From contig CAVQGX010000021.1 in assembly GCA_963712115.1 (NCBI GenBank), positions 1 through 64,000 on the forward strand: a DNA stretch of 64,000 nucleotides, written 5' to 3'. Source of the stretch: an uncultured delta proteobacterium (GTDB lineage Bacteria > Desulfobacterota > Syntrophobacteria > BM002). The translations under genes were made by a program, and so were the position numbers. A model generated the notes under the pieces. That model ran no database searches. It was not told the origin of the DNA and saw only the letters and a program-made list of their open reading frames with translations. This document shows, one piece after another, positions 38,992 through 48,927 of the stretch (its first letter is position 1; every line of letters begins with the position of its first letter).

Positions 38992-39371
38992 ATGAACCTG
39001 AGAGAATATTTTGAATCTGTGAAAGGTCGAGGCGTGCTCGCTACAGCAGACGGAGGCGGCAAGGTGGATGCGGCAATGTATGCCACTCCCCATTTCATAG
39101 ACGATGAGACAATTGCCTTCATCATGCGCGACCGGTTGACCCACAATAATCTGCAGTCCAACCCACACGCAGCCTATCTTTTTATGGAGTCAGGCCAGAA
39201 GTTTGCCGGCAAAAGACTGTTTCTAACCAAAACAAGGGAAGAGCAGGATAGCGAACTTCTTTACTCCCTGCGGAGAAAAAAGTATTCTGCCGAGAAGAAT
39301 GAGCCAAATTCTTAGTTTTTTTTCAAATCGATAAGGTTTTACCACTCATCGGCTCTGGAGATGAAGTCTAA
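38992..39371 (+). CDS. Pyridoxamine 5'-phosphate oxidase-family protein (apparent -1 frameshift near 39307)
   Basis: GVLATAD, NLQSNPHAAYLF; adding one A restores KFLVFFQIDKVLPLIGSGDEV-stop. Confidence 0.82.
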
Positions 39372-39427
39372 TCCTTTCAAAGGGTTAGATACTGACAGCT
39401 TAGCCCGAAAAGTGTGTTGCCTTTGCA

Positions 39428-39443
39428 TGTGTCTTATGTCACA
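39428..39443. promoter_or_regulatory. Crp/Fnr-family (HcpR-type) box
   Basis: TGTGT-CTTATG-TCACA, one mismatch to TGTGA-N6-TCACA, upstream of grx-FTR. Confidence 0.4.
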
Positions 39444-39500
39444 ATTCCCGGCAGTAAATCCTTTAAACCACAACCGGGGAATGAGAAAAGGGGATTTGTT

Positions 39501-39758
39501 ATGACTCAAGATTCCGTTAAGATGTACTCGCTGAGCACCTGTAGTCACTGCAAATCTGTTAAGAAATTACTTGATGAGTGCACCGTGAAGTATGAATTTA
39601 CCGACGTGGATCTGCTCAAGGGTAAAGAACGTCAGGCCATCCTGGAGGATGTGAAGAAGTTCAATCCGAACTGTTCTTTCCCCACCATTATCATTGGCGA
39701 AAAGATAATTGTCGGCTACAAGGAAAAAGAGATCAAAGAAGCTCTGGGGTTAGGATGA
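39501..39758 (+). CDS. Glutaredoxin/NrdH-like protein
   Basis: YSLSTCSHC, SFPTI, IVGY. Confidence 0.88.
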   Translation: MTQDSVKMYSLSTCSHCKSVKKLLDECTVKYEFTDVDLLKGKERQAILEDVKKFNPNCSFPTIIIGEKIIVGYKEKEIKEALGLG

Positions 39759-40090
39759 TGGACGTTGAAAAGCTCTATGAAGGGTTACGTAAGGTACAGG
39801 AGGCCAAAGGTTACTACTTCAACAAGGATAAAGAGAGAACCTTTGAACTTTTAGAAAATCTTATTATCAACAAGGACCGCTATGGCTACATGGCATGTCC
39901 CTGCCGGTTGGCGAGTGGTGACCGCGAATGGGATAAAGACATAATCTGTCCGTGCCTCTATCGCGAGCCTGACGTGGAGGAATACGGCAGTTGCTACTGC
40001 AACCTTTATGTCACCCAGGAGTGGAATGAAGAGAAAATTCCTCGCGAATACGTGCCGGAGCGGAGACCTCCGGAAAAAATTCGGTTCTGA
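39755..40090 (+). CDS. Ferredoxin:thioredoxin reductase catalytic-chain homologue
   Basis: CPCR, ICPC, CYC motifs; overlaps the glutaredoxin stop. Confidence 0.9.
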   Translation: MMDVEKLYEGLRKVQEAKGYYFNKDKERTFELLENLIINKDRYGYMACPCRLASGDREWDKDIICPCLYREPDVEEYGSCYCNLYVTQEWNEEKIPREYVPERRPPEKIRF

Positions 40091-40249
40091 TAGAGTCCGG
40101 ACTTTGTATCCGGTCCTGTGCCGCGATTCAGAGTGAACCGCGGCACCCCACCTCAAATATCCCGCAGGTATAAAACCCACCCATCTTCACGGTCGCAGTC
40201 ACGCCAGGGCGTGAATTCATTAAATATCCGGGCTGAATATTGAGAGTAA

Positions 40250-41155
40250 ATGAGCCAAAGTAATAAAATAATTATTTATCTAAAGCTATTTGTGACTGCC
40301 ATTCTTTGGGGGGGAACCTTCATTGCCGGTAGGGTAGTTGCAAGAGAGGTTGGCCCCTTCTCTGCTGCTTTCCTTAGATTCGCTGTAGCCTCTATTTTCC
40401 TTCTCTTTATTACCTATAAGGTCGAAAAAAGGCTTCCTCCGGTGAAGAAAGGACAGGTGATTCCTCTGATTCTTCTTGGAATGACCGGAGTATTCTCGTA
40501 CAACGTCTTTTTCTTCAAGGGACTCAAAATCATCCATGCGGGCAGAGCCTCCGTGATTATAGCCAGTAATCCCGTGTTTATTGCTCTTTTTGCTTCTTAC
40601 CTTTTTAAAGAAAAGTTGAGTTTTACCAAGTTTGCCGGAATTATCATTTCAGTAACCGGAGCAATAGTTGTAATTTCAAGGGGTAATCCCATGGAACTTT
40701 TTAAGGGAAACGCTGGTTTAGGTGAGGTCTTCATTTTTTGCTGTGTTGTGAGTTGGGTGGCCTACTCTTTGATTGGCAAAGCAGTGATGAAAGACCTTTC
40801 TCCACTAGTTTCCGTATCTTACTCCTCCGTGGTCGGTGCAGTCGGCTTATTTATTCCAGCCTATTTGGAGGGTATGGTTCAGCATTTTTCCCATTACACT
40901 AAAATAGAATGGTTAGGTATTTTCTACCTGGGGTTTTTCGGCACCGTCGTCGGGTTTGTTTGGTACTACGAGGGAATAAAGGCCATTGGTGCCACGAAGG
41001 CGAGCCAGTTTATTAATTTCGTTCCAATAAGTGCTGTTGTACTTGCTTTTTTCTTGCTAGCCGAACCCGTCACTTCTTCTCTGGTGATTGGGACATTAAT
41101 GGTCTGTGCTGGAGTTTACTTGACCAATTCAACTTATGTGAGAAAAGGAATATAA
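40250..41155 (+). CDS. DMT/EamA family transporter
   Basis: About 10 TM helices, LWGG, FLRF, NFVP, LAEP. Confidence 0.92.
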   Translation: MSQSNKIIIYLKLFVTAILWGGTFIAGRVVAREVGPFSAAFLRFAVASIFLLFITYKVEKRLPPVKKGQVIPLILLGMTGVFSYNVFFFKGLKIIHAGRASVIIASNPVFIALFASYLFKEKLSFTKFAGIIISVTGAIVVISRGNPMELFKGNAGLGEVFIFCCVVSWVAYSLIGKAVMKDLSPLVSVSYSSVVGAVGLFIPAYLEGMVQHFSHYTKIEWLGIFYLGFFGTVVGFVWYYEGIKAIGATKASQFINFVPISAVVLAFFLLAEPVTSSLVIGTLMVCAGVYLTNSTYVRKGI

Positions 41156-41223
41156 TTGGTTGGCGAATACCAGCGCTTTCCTTATCATCCCTGAGCCCAC
41201 AACTCGTTTCAGGAGAAATTGCC

Positions 41224-42549
41224 GTGAAATATCCCCAGATCAAAAGCCCTCTACCAGGTCCCAGAGTCAAGAGACTCATTGAGGTTGACCGCGAGTTCGT
41301 ATCGCCCTCGTACACCAGAATCTATCCTTTGGTGGCTGAGTCTGCTCAAGGGCTATGGATAAATGATCCTGATGGTAATACTTTTCTCGATTTTACTTCC
41401 GGCATAGCGGTCTGCGCTACCGGTCACTGCCACCCAAAGGTTGTGGCAGCCATAAAGAAGCAAGCGGACAGGCTCCTTCACATGTCGGGTACCGATTTCT
41501 ATTACACACCCCAAATCATGTTGTCACAAAAGCTTGCCAGTCTCGCCCCTGGGTCCGGCGGCTATAAGGTCTATTTCGGCAACTCCGGCGCAGAAGCGGT
41601 TGAGGCAGCTTTCAAGCTGGCTCGCTGGCATACCCGCCGGGAGCTAAATCTGGCCTTTTTCGGTGCTTTCCATGGTCGTACCATGGGAGCTTTGTCCCTC
41701 ACTGCAAGTAAGACCATCCAGAAAAAGCACTACAATCCTCTGGTGCCGGGCATAACTCACATTCCATATGCCTATTGCTACCGCTGCCCTTACCACCTGT
41801 GCTACCCCGCCTGCGGGATAGCTTGCGTGCATTGGCTGGAAGAGACTCTCTTTCGTACCACCGTGCCGCCGGAGGAAGTGGCGGCCATATTTGTCGAACC
41901 TATACAAGGTGAGGGTGGTTACATCGTGCCTCCTCCCGAATTCCACCGGGAACTCAATAAGATAGCCAAAAAGTATGGCATTCTCTATGTGGCCGATGAA
42001 GTACAATCAGGCATGGGTCGCACCGGGAAAATGTTCGCCATGGAACATTTTGAGGTTGCAGCTGATATCATTGCCCTTGCCAAGGGCATTGCATCTGGTT
42101 TGCCCTTGGGCGCTATGGTGGCCCGGGCGGACATCATGAACTGGGAAGCAGGCTCCCATGCCTCCACCTTCGGCGGCAACCCTATCTCTTGTGAGGCAGC
42201 CCTAGCCACCATTGAACTTCTGGAAGAAGAGCTTATGGACAACGCCAGCGAACGGGGTGATCAACTCATGGGGGGGCTGGCAGAGCTGCAAAAATCCATT
42301 GAATGCATCGGTGATGTTAGAGGCATGGGTTTGATGATCGGCGTTGAGCTGGTGAAGGACCGCGAAACCAAGGAGCGAGCAGGTGACTGGCGAGACCAGC
42401 TTATCCAAAAGGCTTTTCACAAGGGTTTGCTTTTACTTGGTTGCGGCCAAAACACAATCCGAATCTGCCCGCCACTTACAGTAAGTAGTGAGGAAGCTGC
42501 GGTATTCCTCGACATATTTGAAGAAAGCCTGAGGGAACTATTCAACTAA
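41224..42549 (+). CDS. Class III PLP aminotransferase (4-aminobutyrate/acetylornithine family)
   Basis: SGAEAVE, FHGRT, EPIQGEGG, DEVQSGMGRTG, AKG. Confidence 0.92.
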   Translation: MKYPQIKSPLPGPRVKRLIEVDREFVSPSYTRIYPLVAESAQGLWINDPDGNTFLDFTSGIAVCATGHCHPKVVAAIKKQADRLLHMSGTDFYYTPQIMLSQKLASLAPGSGGYKVYFGNSGAEAVEAAFKLARWHTRRELNLAFFGAFHGRTMGALSLTASKTIQKKHYNPLVPGITHIPYAYCYRCPYHLCYPACGIACVHWLEETLFRTTVPPEEVAAIFVEPIQGEGGYIVPPPEFHRELNKIAKKYGILYVADEVQSGMGRTGKMFAMEHFEVAADIIALAKGIASGLPLGAMVARADIMNWEAGSHASTFGGNPISCEAALATIELLEEELMDNASERGDQLMGGLAELQKSIECIGDVRGMGLMIGVELVKDRETKERAGDWRDQLIQKAFHKGLLLLGCGQNTIRICPPLTVSSEEAAVFLDIFEESLRELFN

Positions 42550-42550
42550 C

Positions 42551-42703
42551 GGGCACAAGGCGCAAGGTATAGGGCACAAGGGATAAAATGAAATCTAACA
42601 ATAGGAGTCATAATTCAGGAGCCAGGAGGTCTGAGATCGATTCTAGAATCTCCTGGATTCTGGCTCCTGGATTCTAGATTCTCTATCTTATGCCCTGCGC
42701 CCC
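42551..42703. repeat. Nested heptamer elements (outer GGCGCAA/GGCACAA, inner AGGAGTC/GACTCCT-type)
   Basis: GGGCACAAGGCGCAAGG...[AGGAGTCATAATTCAGGAGCCAGGAG ... CTCCTGGATTCTGGCTCCTGGATTCT]...TGCCCTGCGCCCC. Confidence 0.75.
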
Positions 42704-42728
42704 AAGGCGACTGGATCAGGAGTAGCCC

Positions 42729-44273
42729 ATGAAAGATATATTGAAAGATTTGGGTCTGTCGGACCTGAACCCCGGGGCAGGGACGGGAACTACCTGGCTG
42801 GAATGTGGGGGGGAGATATTGGAGTCAGTATCACCCATTGACGGCCGAATTATTGGCAGGGTTCGGCAGGCTTCAGCGGCTGATTATGACAAGGTGGCTG
42901 CCAGGGCGAGGGCTGCCTTCGAAGAGTGGCGCATGGTGCCAGCGCCGGAGCGTGGCGATATTGTTAGACAAATTGGTAATGCAGTGCGAGCACGCAAGCA
43001 AGAATTGTCCACCCTGGTGAGCCTTGAAGTGGGCAAGATTCGGGCTGAGGCAGAGGGCGAAGTTCAAGAGATGATAGACATCTGTGATTTTGCCGTGGGC
43101 CAGTCACGCATGCTCTATGGTCTAACCATGCATAGTGAGCGTCCCAGACATCGAATGTATGAACAGTATCATCCACTGGGGCCCATGGGGGTGATTACGG
43201 CTTTTAACTTCCCGGTGGCGGTTTGGTCCTGGAATGCCATGATCGGCCTGGTGGCGGGAGATACAGTGGTGTGGAAACCTTCGAGTAAGGCAGCTTTCAC
43301 TGCCCTCGCCCTTACCAAAATCATAAGCAGAGTATTACAGGAGAATGACCTTCCGGAAGGCATTCTGAATGTGGTCATCGGGAGTCGTAATGAGGTCGGG
43401 GAAAAGTTGATTGCAGATAGACGGTTGCCTCTTATCTCCGCAACTGGCAGCGTGGCCATGGGCCGTCATGTAGGCCAGGTGGTGGCTTCCCGGCTGGGAA
43501 AATCCCTGCTTGAATTGGGGGGTAACAACGCGGTAATCGTCAGCTCCCAGGCGGATCTGGATCTCGCTGTACGGGCCATCCTATTTGGGGCCGTGGGTAC
43601 CGCAGGTCAGCGGTGTACTACCATTCGCCGCGTAATCGCCCACAAAGAGATCTTTAATCCCCTCATTGAGGCTCTCATTCAGGCTTACAAACAGGTGGTG
43701 ATTGGCAATCCCCTGGAGGATGGCGTGCTCATGGGTCCACTCATCGATGGTCAAGCAGTGGAAGACATGCAAAGAGGTCTTGAAGAACTCAAAAGCCAGG
43801 GCGGGCGGATACTTTACGGAGGAGAAATCTTATCCGGGGGTATCTACGATGCTGGCACCTATGTGACCCCATGCATCTGTGAGGCCCGCAACCACTATCC
43901 CATCGTGCAAGAGGAGACCTTTGCCCCCATTCTCTACCTGATTCCCTATGAGACTCTGGAAGAGGCAATCCAATATCAAAACAACGTGCCACAAGGGTTG
44001 AGCTCTGCAATTTTTACCAATGATCTGCACGAGAGTGAGATTTTCTTGAGTCACATGGGAAGCGACTGTGGTATAGCAAATGTCAACATCGGCACCTCGG
44101 GCGCGGAAATTGGTGGTGCTTTTGGTGGGGAGAAAGACACCGGAGGAGGTCGGGAGTCCGGCTCTGATGCCTGGAAGACCTACATGCGCAGACAGACCTG
44201 CACTATCAATTGGTCCAGGAAGATGCCCCTGGCGCAGGGGATTGAGTTTGGGGTGAAGGAAGCTGGCAGCTAG
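42729..44273 (+). CDS. Aldehyde dehydrogenase family 7 (piperideine-6-carboxylate/aminoadipate-semialdehyde dehydrogenase-like)
   Basis: EGEVQEMIDICDFAVGQSR, AFNFPVAVW, LELGGNN, GTAGQRCT, GGGRESGSDAWK. Confidence 0.92.
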   Translation: MKDILKDLGLSDLNPGAGTGTTWLECGGEILESVSPIDGRIIGRVRQASAADYDKVAARARAAFEEWRMVPAPERGDIVRQIGNAVRARKQELSTLVSLEVGKIRAEAEGEVQEMIDICDFAVGQSRMLYGLTMHSERPRHRMYEQYHPLGPMGVITAFNFPVAVWSWNAMIGLVAGDTVVWKPSSKAAFTALALTKIISRVLQENDLPEGILNVVIGSRNEVGEKLIADRRLPLISATGSVAMGRHVGQVVASRLGKSLLELGGNNAVIVSSQADLDLAVRAILFGAVGTAGQRCTTIRRVIAHKEIFNPLIEALIQAYKQVVIGNPLEDGVLMGPLIDGQAVEDMQRGLEELKSQGGRILYGGEILSGGIYDAGTYVTPCICEARNHYPIVQEETFAPILYLIPYETLEEAIQYQNNVPQGLSSAIFTNDLHESEIFLSHMGSDCGIANVNIGTSGAEIGGAFGGEKDTGGGRESGSDAWKTYMRRQTCTINWSRKMPLAQGIEFGVKEAGS

Positions 44274-44447
44274 CAGCTTGCAGTAAGACTCAGCTCTTAT
44301 CGAGCTTCGCGTCATGTGCCTGCGGCGCCATTAGGTCATTACGCTTCGCTGTCATTTGTTGTAATCGGTAGAGGGTAGAGGGTAATAAAGGCTGGGCACT
44401 AGACACTAAGCACCAAAAAGATGGAATCAGGAGTCAGAATCCAGAAT

Positions 44448-44520
44448 TCAGGTTTCAGCTTTTGTGTTTCTCTTCCCTGACACCTGACACCCGACACCTG
44501 AAACCCTGAGATTTGGTGCT
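44448..44520. repeat. CTGAAAC-family element, copy 3
   Basis: TCAGGTTTCAG-CTTTTGTGTTTCTCTTC-CCTGACACCTGACACCCGACACCTGAAAC...ATTTGGTGCT. Confidence 0.8.
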
Positions 44521-44577
44521 AAAAGCAAAATGTATTCGTAGTTACACAAACCAACGCTAGAAGATTGGGCGAAGAAA

Positions 44578-45699
44578 ATGGGCTTGCTTTTCATAGACGG
44601 AAACCAGGCTGTGGCCATGGGAGCCTTGTATGGGGGCTGCAAGTTTTTTGCCTCATATCCCATAACTCCCGCGAGCACTCTTCTTTCAGCCATGTTGGAG
44701 AGCTTGCCCGCCGCAGGAGGCATTGTTCTGCAGGGTGAGGACGAGATCGCTTCAATAGGTTACTGCCTCGGTGCATCTATGGCGGGCATGAAAGTCATGA
44801 CTGCCACCTCGGGCCCAGGTCTCAGCCTTTATAGCGAGAACATCTCCTTTGCCATTGCAGGCGAGATTCCCATAGTAATCGTCAATATAATGCGTCAGGG
44901 ACCGTCAACCGGTTCCGCTACCCGAGGCGCAGACTCGGATGTGCAGTTCATGCGCTGGGGATGCAGCGGCGGCTTGCCGGTTATTGTCCTTGCCCCGGCT
45001 GACGTTAGTGATTGCTTTACCCTGACGGTGCATGCTTTCAATCTTGCCGAGCAGTTCCGTTGCCCGGTATTTATAGCCTCCAACAAAGAGATAGGGATGA
45101 CCAGCCAGACTGTTGATATGGAGGGAGTCGAAAAACCGGCAATCGTAGATCGCACTCTCCACGAATCTGGCCCCTTTCTTCCTTTTCAAGTTAATCCTGA
45201 GGAGGACGTTCCTGCATTCCTTCCCATCGGCGGCCCCATCTTAGTGAGACAGACTTCATCCACCCACGGACCAGATGGATACATTACAACTGATCCTTCG
45301 GAGATTCAGGCAGGGGTCGAAAGGCTACAGAGAAAAATCCAAGCCAATATAGAATCATTTACCTACTTCGATCTGGAAGAAAGAAAAGGGGCTCGCACCT
45401 TGATCGTGGCCTACGGGATAACAGCTGGAGCTGCGAGAGCTGCAGTTGCTGAGCTTTTTGAAAAGCAAAACGTCCCTGTATCTCTCTTGGTTCTAAAGAC
45501 CTTGTGGCCGGTTCCCGAGCAAGTACTCCACGCTGCTGCAGCCGGCATGGAGCGAATTCTGGTAGTGGAAATGAATCTGGGCCAATACATCCATGAAGTC
45601 CGGAGAGTACTTTGCAAGCAAAGAGTTGATTTTTATGGAAAAATGTCTGGTCAGTTGATCTCACCCAGAGAAATCATAAAGGAGGTGTTGGGTGGATAG
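44578..45699 (+). CDS. 2-oxoacid:ferredoxin oxidoreductase alpha
   Basis: GNQA, YPITP, EDEIAS, TSGPG, EMNLGQ. Confidence 0.92.
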   Translation: MGLLFIDGNQAVAMGALYGGCKFFASYPITPASTLLSAMLESLPAAGGIVLQGEDEIASIGYCLGASMAGMKVMTATSGPGLSLYSENISFAIAGEIPIVIVNIMRQGPSTGSATRGADSDVQFMRWGCSGGLPVIVLAPADVSDCFTLTVHAFNLAEQFRCPVFIASNKEIGMTSQTVDMEGVEKPAIVDRTLHESGPFLPFQVNPEEDVPAFLPIGGPILVRQTSSTHGPDGYITTDPSEIQAGVERLQRKIQANIESFTYFDLEERKGARTLIVAYGITAGAARAAVAELFEKQNVPVSLLVLKTLWPVPEQVLHAAAAGMERILVVEMNLGQYIHEVRRVLCKQRVDFYGKMSGQLISPREIIKEVLGG

Positions 45700-46993
45700 C
45701 CTCCTAAACCCAGACCGAGCACCAGTTTTCTGCCCCGGTTGTTCTCACGATCGCAGTGTCCATGTCTTGGACCGCGCTCTCCAGAAGCTGGGTCTCCGAG
45801 GCAGTGACCTGGTTATCGTAAGCGATATTGGCTGCTCCGGGCTTTTTGATACCTTTTTCAATACCCATGCATTTCATGGACTTCATGGTCGAGCTCTTAC
45901 CTATGCAGCTGGGATAAAGCTGGCGCAGCCGGATCTTAAAGTGATAGTAACCATGGGCGATGGTGGACTGGGAATAGGAGGAGCACATTTCCTTGCTGCC
46001 TGCCGCAGAAATATAGACCTCACCCTTCTGGTGTTGAACAATTTCAACTTTGGCATGACCGGGGGTCAGTTTTCCTGCACCACACCCGAACACGCATCCG
46101 TGTCTTCCAGTTTTCTCAATGTTTTAGAAAAGCCATTCGATCTTTGCCATGTCGCAGCTTGCGCTGGGGCTCCTTTTGTGGCTAGGTCTTCGGTCTACCG
46201 CAAGGACCTCCCAGAACTGCTCAAAGAGGCCATCTCCTTTGAAGGCTTTGCAGTTTTGGATATATGGGGGGGTTGCCCTGCCCGCTATATGAAAAAGAAC
46301 CCCTTATCCCCTAAAGAGATCGAAGCGGCCATAGAGAAACTGCCAACTTATGAGGGAGTTGTGCCTTCAAATATACGGCGAGAATACTCCAGCCATTACC
46401 GGGAAGCGGCCGCTACGGATAGGGCAGAAGTTCACTGGCAAGGAATTGAAACGATTTTTGAGCCAACGGTCAGGGAACGACGGGAGGTGGTTTTTTTAGG
46501 CAGTGCAGGGCAACGGGTAATAACAGCGGGCGGTCTTTTAGGTCGGGCGGCCATTTTGGCCGGGATGAATGTCAGCCAAAAGAATGACTTCCATATTACA
46601 GTCATGCGAGGGCCCTCTGTGACCGAGCTCATTGTTTCACCCCAGGCCATCACCTTTACGGGGGTAGAAGAGCCTCAGGTGATCATCGCCCTTGCCCATG
46701 AGGGAGTGCGGAGGTGCTGGGGGCTATTTGAGAAAATGAAAAAGGGGGGGCAAATCATTCTGTCGGCTGGAGTTGAAATCCCCCCTACCGCTGGACAAAT
46801 CCTGGAAGTAGATTTCAAAGCTGGAGGAATCAAGAATAAGGAGATGGCTCTAGCGGCCCTTTATCTCCTCGCTCGGGATCGAGACCCCATTACACCTGAG
46901 ATGCTCGAGGAAGCACTCAAACAGACATTTCAGGGCAATAGACTTGAGGAAGCTCGCCTAGTTCTGGAGAAAGCCGCCACAATCCCGGTTTAA
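45692..46993 (+). CDS. 2-oxoacid:ferredoxin oxidoreductase beta-gamma fusion
   Basis: FCPGC, DIGC, LHGR, GDGG, FGMTGGQ; then GSAGQRV gamma domain. Confidence 0.9.
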   Translation: MDSLLNPDRAPVFCPGCSHDRSVHVLDRALQKLGLRGSDLVIVSDIGCSGLFDTFFNTHAFHGLHGRALTYAAGIKLAQPDLKVIVTMGDGGLGIGGAHFLAACRRNIDLTLLVLNNFNFGMTGGQFSCTTPEHASVSSSFLNVLEKPFDLCHVAACAGAPFVARSSVYRKDLPELLKEAISFEGFAVLDIWGGCPARYMKKNPLSPKEIEAAIEKLPTYEGVVPSNIRREYSSHYREAAATDRAEVHWQGIETIFEPTVRERREVVFLGSAGQRVITAGGLLGRAAILAGMNVSQKNDFHITVMRGPSVTELIVSPQAITFTGVEEPQVIIALAHEGVRRCWGLFEKMKKGGQIILSAGVEIPPTAGQILEVDFKAGGIKNKEMALAALYLLARDRDPITPEMLEEALKQTFQGNRLEEARLVLEKAATIPV

Positions 46994-46994
46994 T

Positions 46995-47094
46995 CGCAAA
47001 GGGCAGAGCGTCACTCCTATTTCGAATTTCGAAATTAAAATCCAAAATTCGCAATTCGACATTCGAAATCCGAAATTATGCTCTATGCTCTCTG
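46995..47094. repeat. Nested heptamer elements (outer GCAGAG/CTCTATG, inner TTCGAAT/AATTCGA)
   Basis: GCAAAGGGCAGAGCG..[ATTTCGAATTTCGAAATT..AATTCGCAATTCGACATTCGAAATCCGAAAT]..ATGCTCTATGCTCTCTG. Confidence 0.7.
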
Positions 47095-47288
47095 TAGAAA
47101 GCAGAAAGAATTTCGTTTTTTTTATGCAGATTCCAAGATTCTGCCTATTCTATTGGCACCTTTTTTTCTGTAAGTATTTCCTGATTTTACTGGTATTTCA
47201 TTGAGATATTCTTAGAAGCACAGCCTATTCCGCTCAGAGAAGTTAGTTAGAGTAATTCTTCTTTTCTCATAAGCGTTGGGGATAAGAG

Positions 47289-48549
47289 ATGCGGAGAGTG
47301 GTAAGAAGAGTTTGTGGGTGTTTTGTAATCGTTCTTTTAACTGCCTTTCTGTTTTGTTCTATGGCCGGTGCCGAAGAAACACCTGATGTTGAAGCTGAGC
47401 CGAAGGCGAATCAAAAACTCCAACAGGCTGAAAAAATAGAAGAAAAGGCAGAGACAGAAGAAAAACGTTCCCTTGAAACTGACTACGAAGAACAAGGACA
47501 ACCTGAGGAGAATGAGGAAGTAGAGGACGAGGAGCCAACCGCAGAAAGTCCAATTCTTTCAAGATTGCCCGTGGAAAAGATAACCTTGGGTGGGTACATC
47601 GACTTTGACTACGACTACTATGAGGTCTCGGATGTCTCTGACAAAGACAGCGGCAGCAGTTCTGACCTGGGTCTGGGTTCGGTGGAGCTTGAATTGCGGG
47701 TGTTTTTCAATAAATGGGTTAAATCAAAAATTGTGGTGGCTGTGGATGATGTTGGTAAGAAGGATGGTGAAGAAAAAATAAAAATAGATGAAGCCATCTT
47801 CACCATGAAGTGTCCCTCGGTCCCCTTGTATTTCACTGGTGGCTACACAGTTCTTCCTTTTGGCGTTTTTGAAGACCGGTTGATCACTGGGCTTATCACT
47901 GAGGACCTCTATGAGATACAAGAGGTAGGTGCCACTCTGGGTTTTGCTCCTGATTTCTATGGTTTAGACATTTCTTTCACCGTCTATGGAGGTCAGGATA
48001 TCATTGAGAATCTCGAGGATTTCGGCACACATGAGTTCAGCGAGGACCCAGATCGTGAAGAAGACGATGACGTGAGTTCCTTTATTGCCAATGTCACACT
48101 CGAGCCAGTAGAGGACATGTTTAGCCTGAGTGTTTTCTACGACAGTGAACCTGGCGACGGCAGACGCAACCTGACCATAGGGTCCGCTTTTACCTTGGAT
48201 GTTTGGAAGTTCAGTTTGGACGGCGAATACATAACCGCCCTGCAGCGAGAAAAAGGGGAAAACGGAGAAGAGAACAAGGAGAGTGCCTGGGTTGCGGGCC
48301 TCGCTTTTCGGCCCTTTGAGTCAGTGCCTCTGGAGTTTGTGGTCCGGTACGAAGATTTTGATGATGATCAAAAGGGTAATCAGGATGAAATACTAGACGA
48401 CCGATACGTGGCAGGGTTCAGCTACAAATTTCTAGAATGGGCCACCTTTTTTTTCGAGTATGACTACTTAAACTACGAGAAAGAAAAGGGACAGCGACGC
48501 TGCCGACCACGTAAACACAATACACTTCCGCATTGGCTTGGCGTTTTAG
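47289..48549 (+). CDS. LbtU-like outer-membrane porin with acidic N-terminal region (apparent +1 frameshift at the G-run 48488-48490)
   Basis: Signal peptide, IDEA, LPFGVFE, YITAL; removing one G gives ...HVNTIHFRIGLAF-stop with a terminal Phe. Confidence 0.75.
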
Positions 48550-48729
48550 CCAGGGCTAGTACTGCTTTAAGTACTCCTTCTGTCAACCTGCCAAAACCAA
48601 CCTTAAGTTTTCTCCAATCATTAATTTAAGGCTGTTAAATATTTACTAAGCCAAGTATATTAACCTATTATACCACTTTGTTGTGGATAATGACCCCCAA
48701 GAATTTCAAGGTAAATATCCGTCTATACC

Positions 48730-48801
48730 CTGGATTCCCGCTTTCGCGGGAATGACGATAGTACACGTTCACCCGTCATCCCCGCGTAGGCGGGGATCCA
48801 G
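48730..48801. repeat. dRS3-format palindromic repeat pair, copy 2
   Basis: Near-identical to 25779-25850. Confidence 0.85.
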
Positions 48802-48872
48802 ATAAGAAAAGGCTTTCAAGCATCTTGAGTGGCTTTACAATCCCACCAAAGAATCTCCTATCCAGCCCAATC

Positions 48873-48927
48873 CTTATCATTTCGTAATGTTTTGGCAATC
48901 TTTTGGTAAGCTTCCCATATTTATTAT
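48873..48927 (+). promoter_or_regulatory. OmpR-family direct-repeat promoter, copy 1
   Basis: GTAAT/GCAAT/GTAAG at 11-bp period, then N11-TATTAT. Confidence 0.6.

Noticed and set aside
47155-47171. Sigma54 promoters (TGGCAC at ~47155; TGGCAT at ~49030)
   Set aside because: Both lack the conserved -12 TGC (TTTCT and TTCCC instead).
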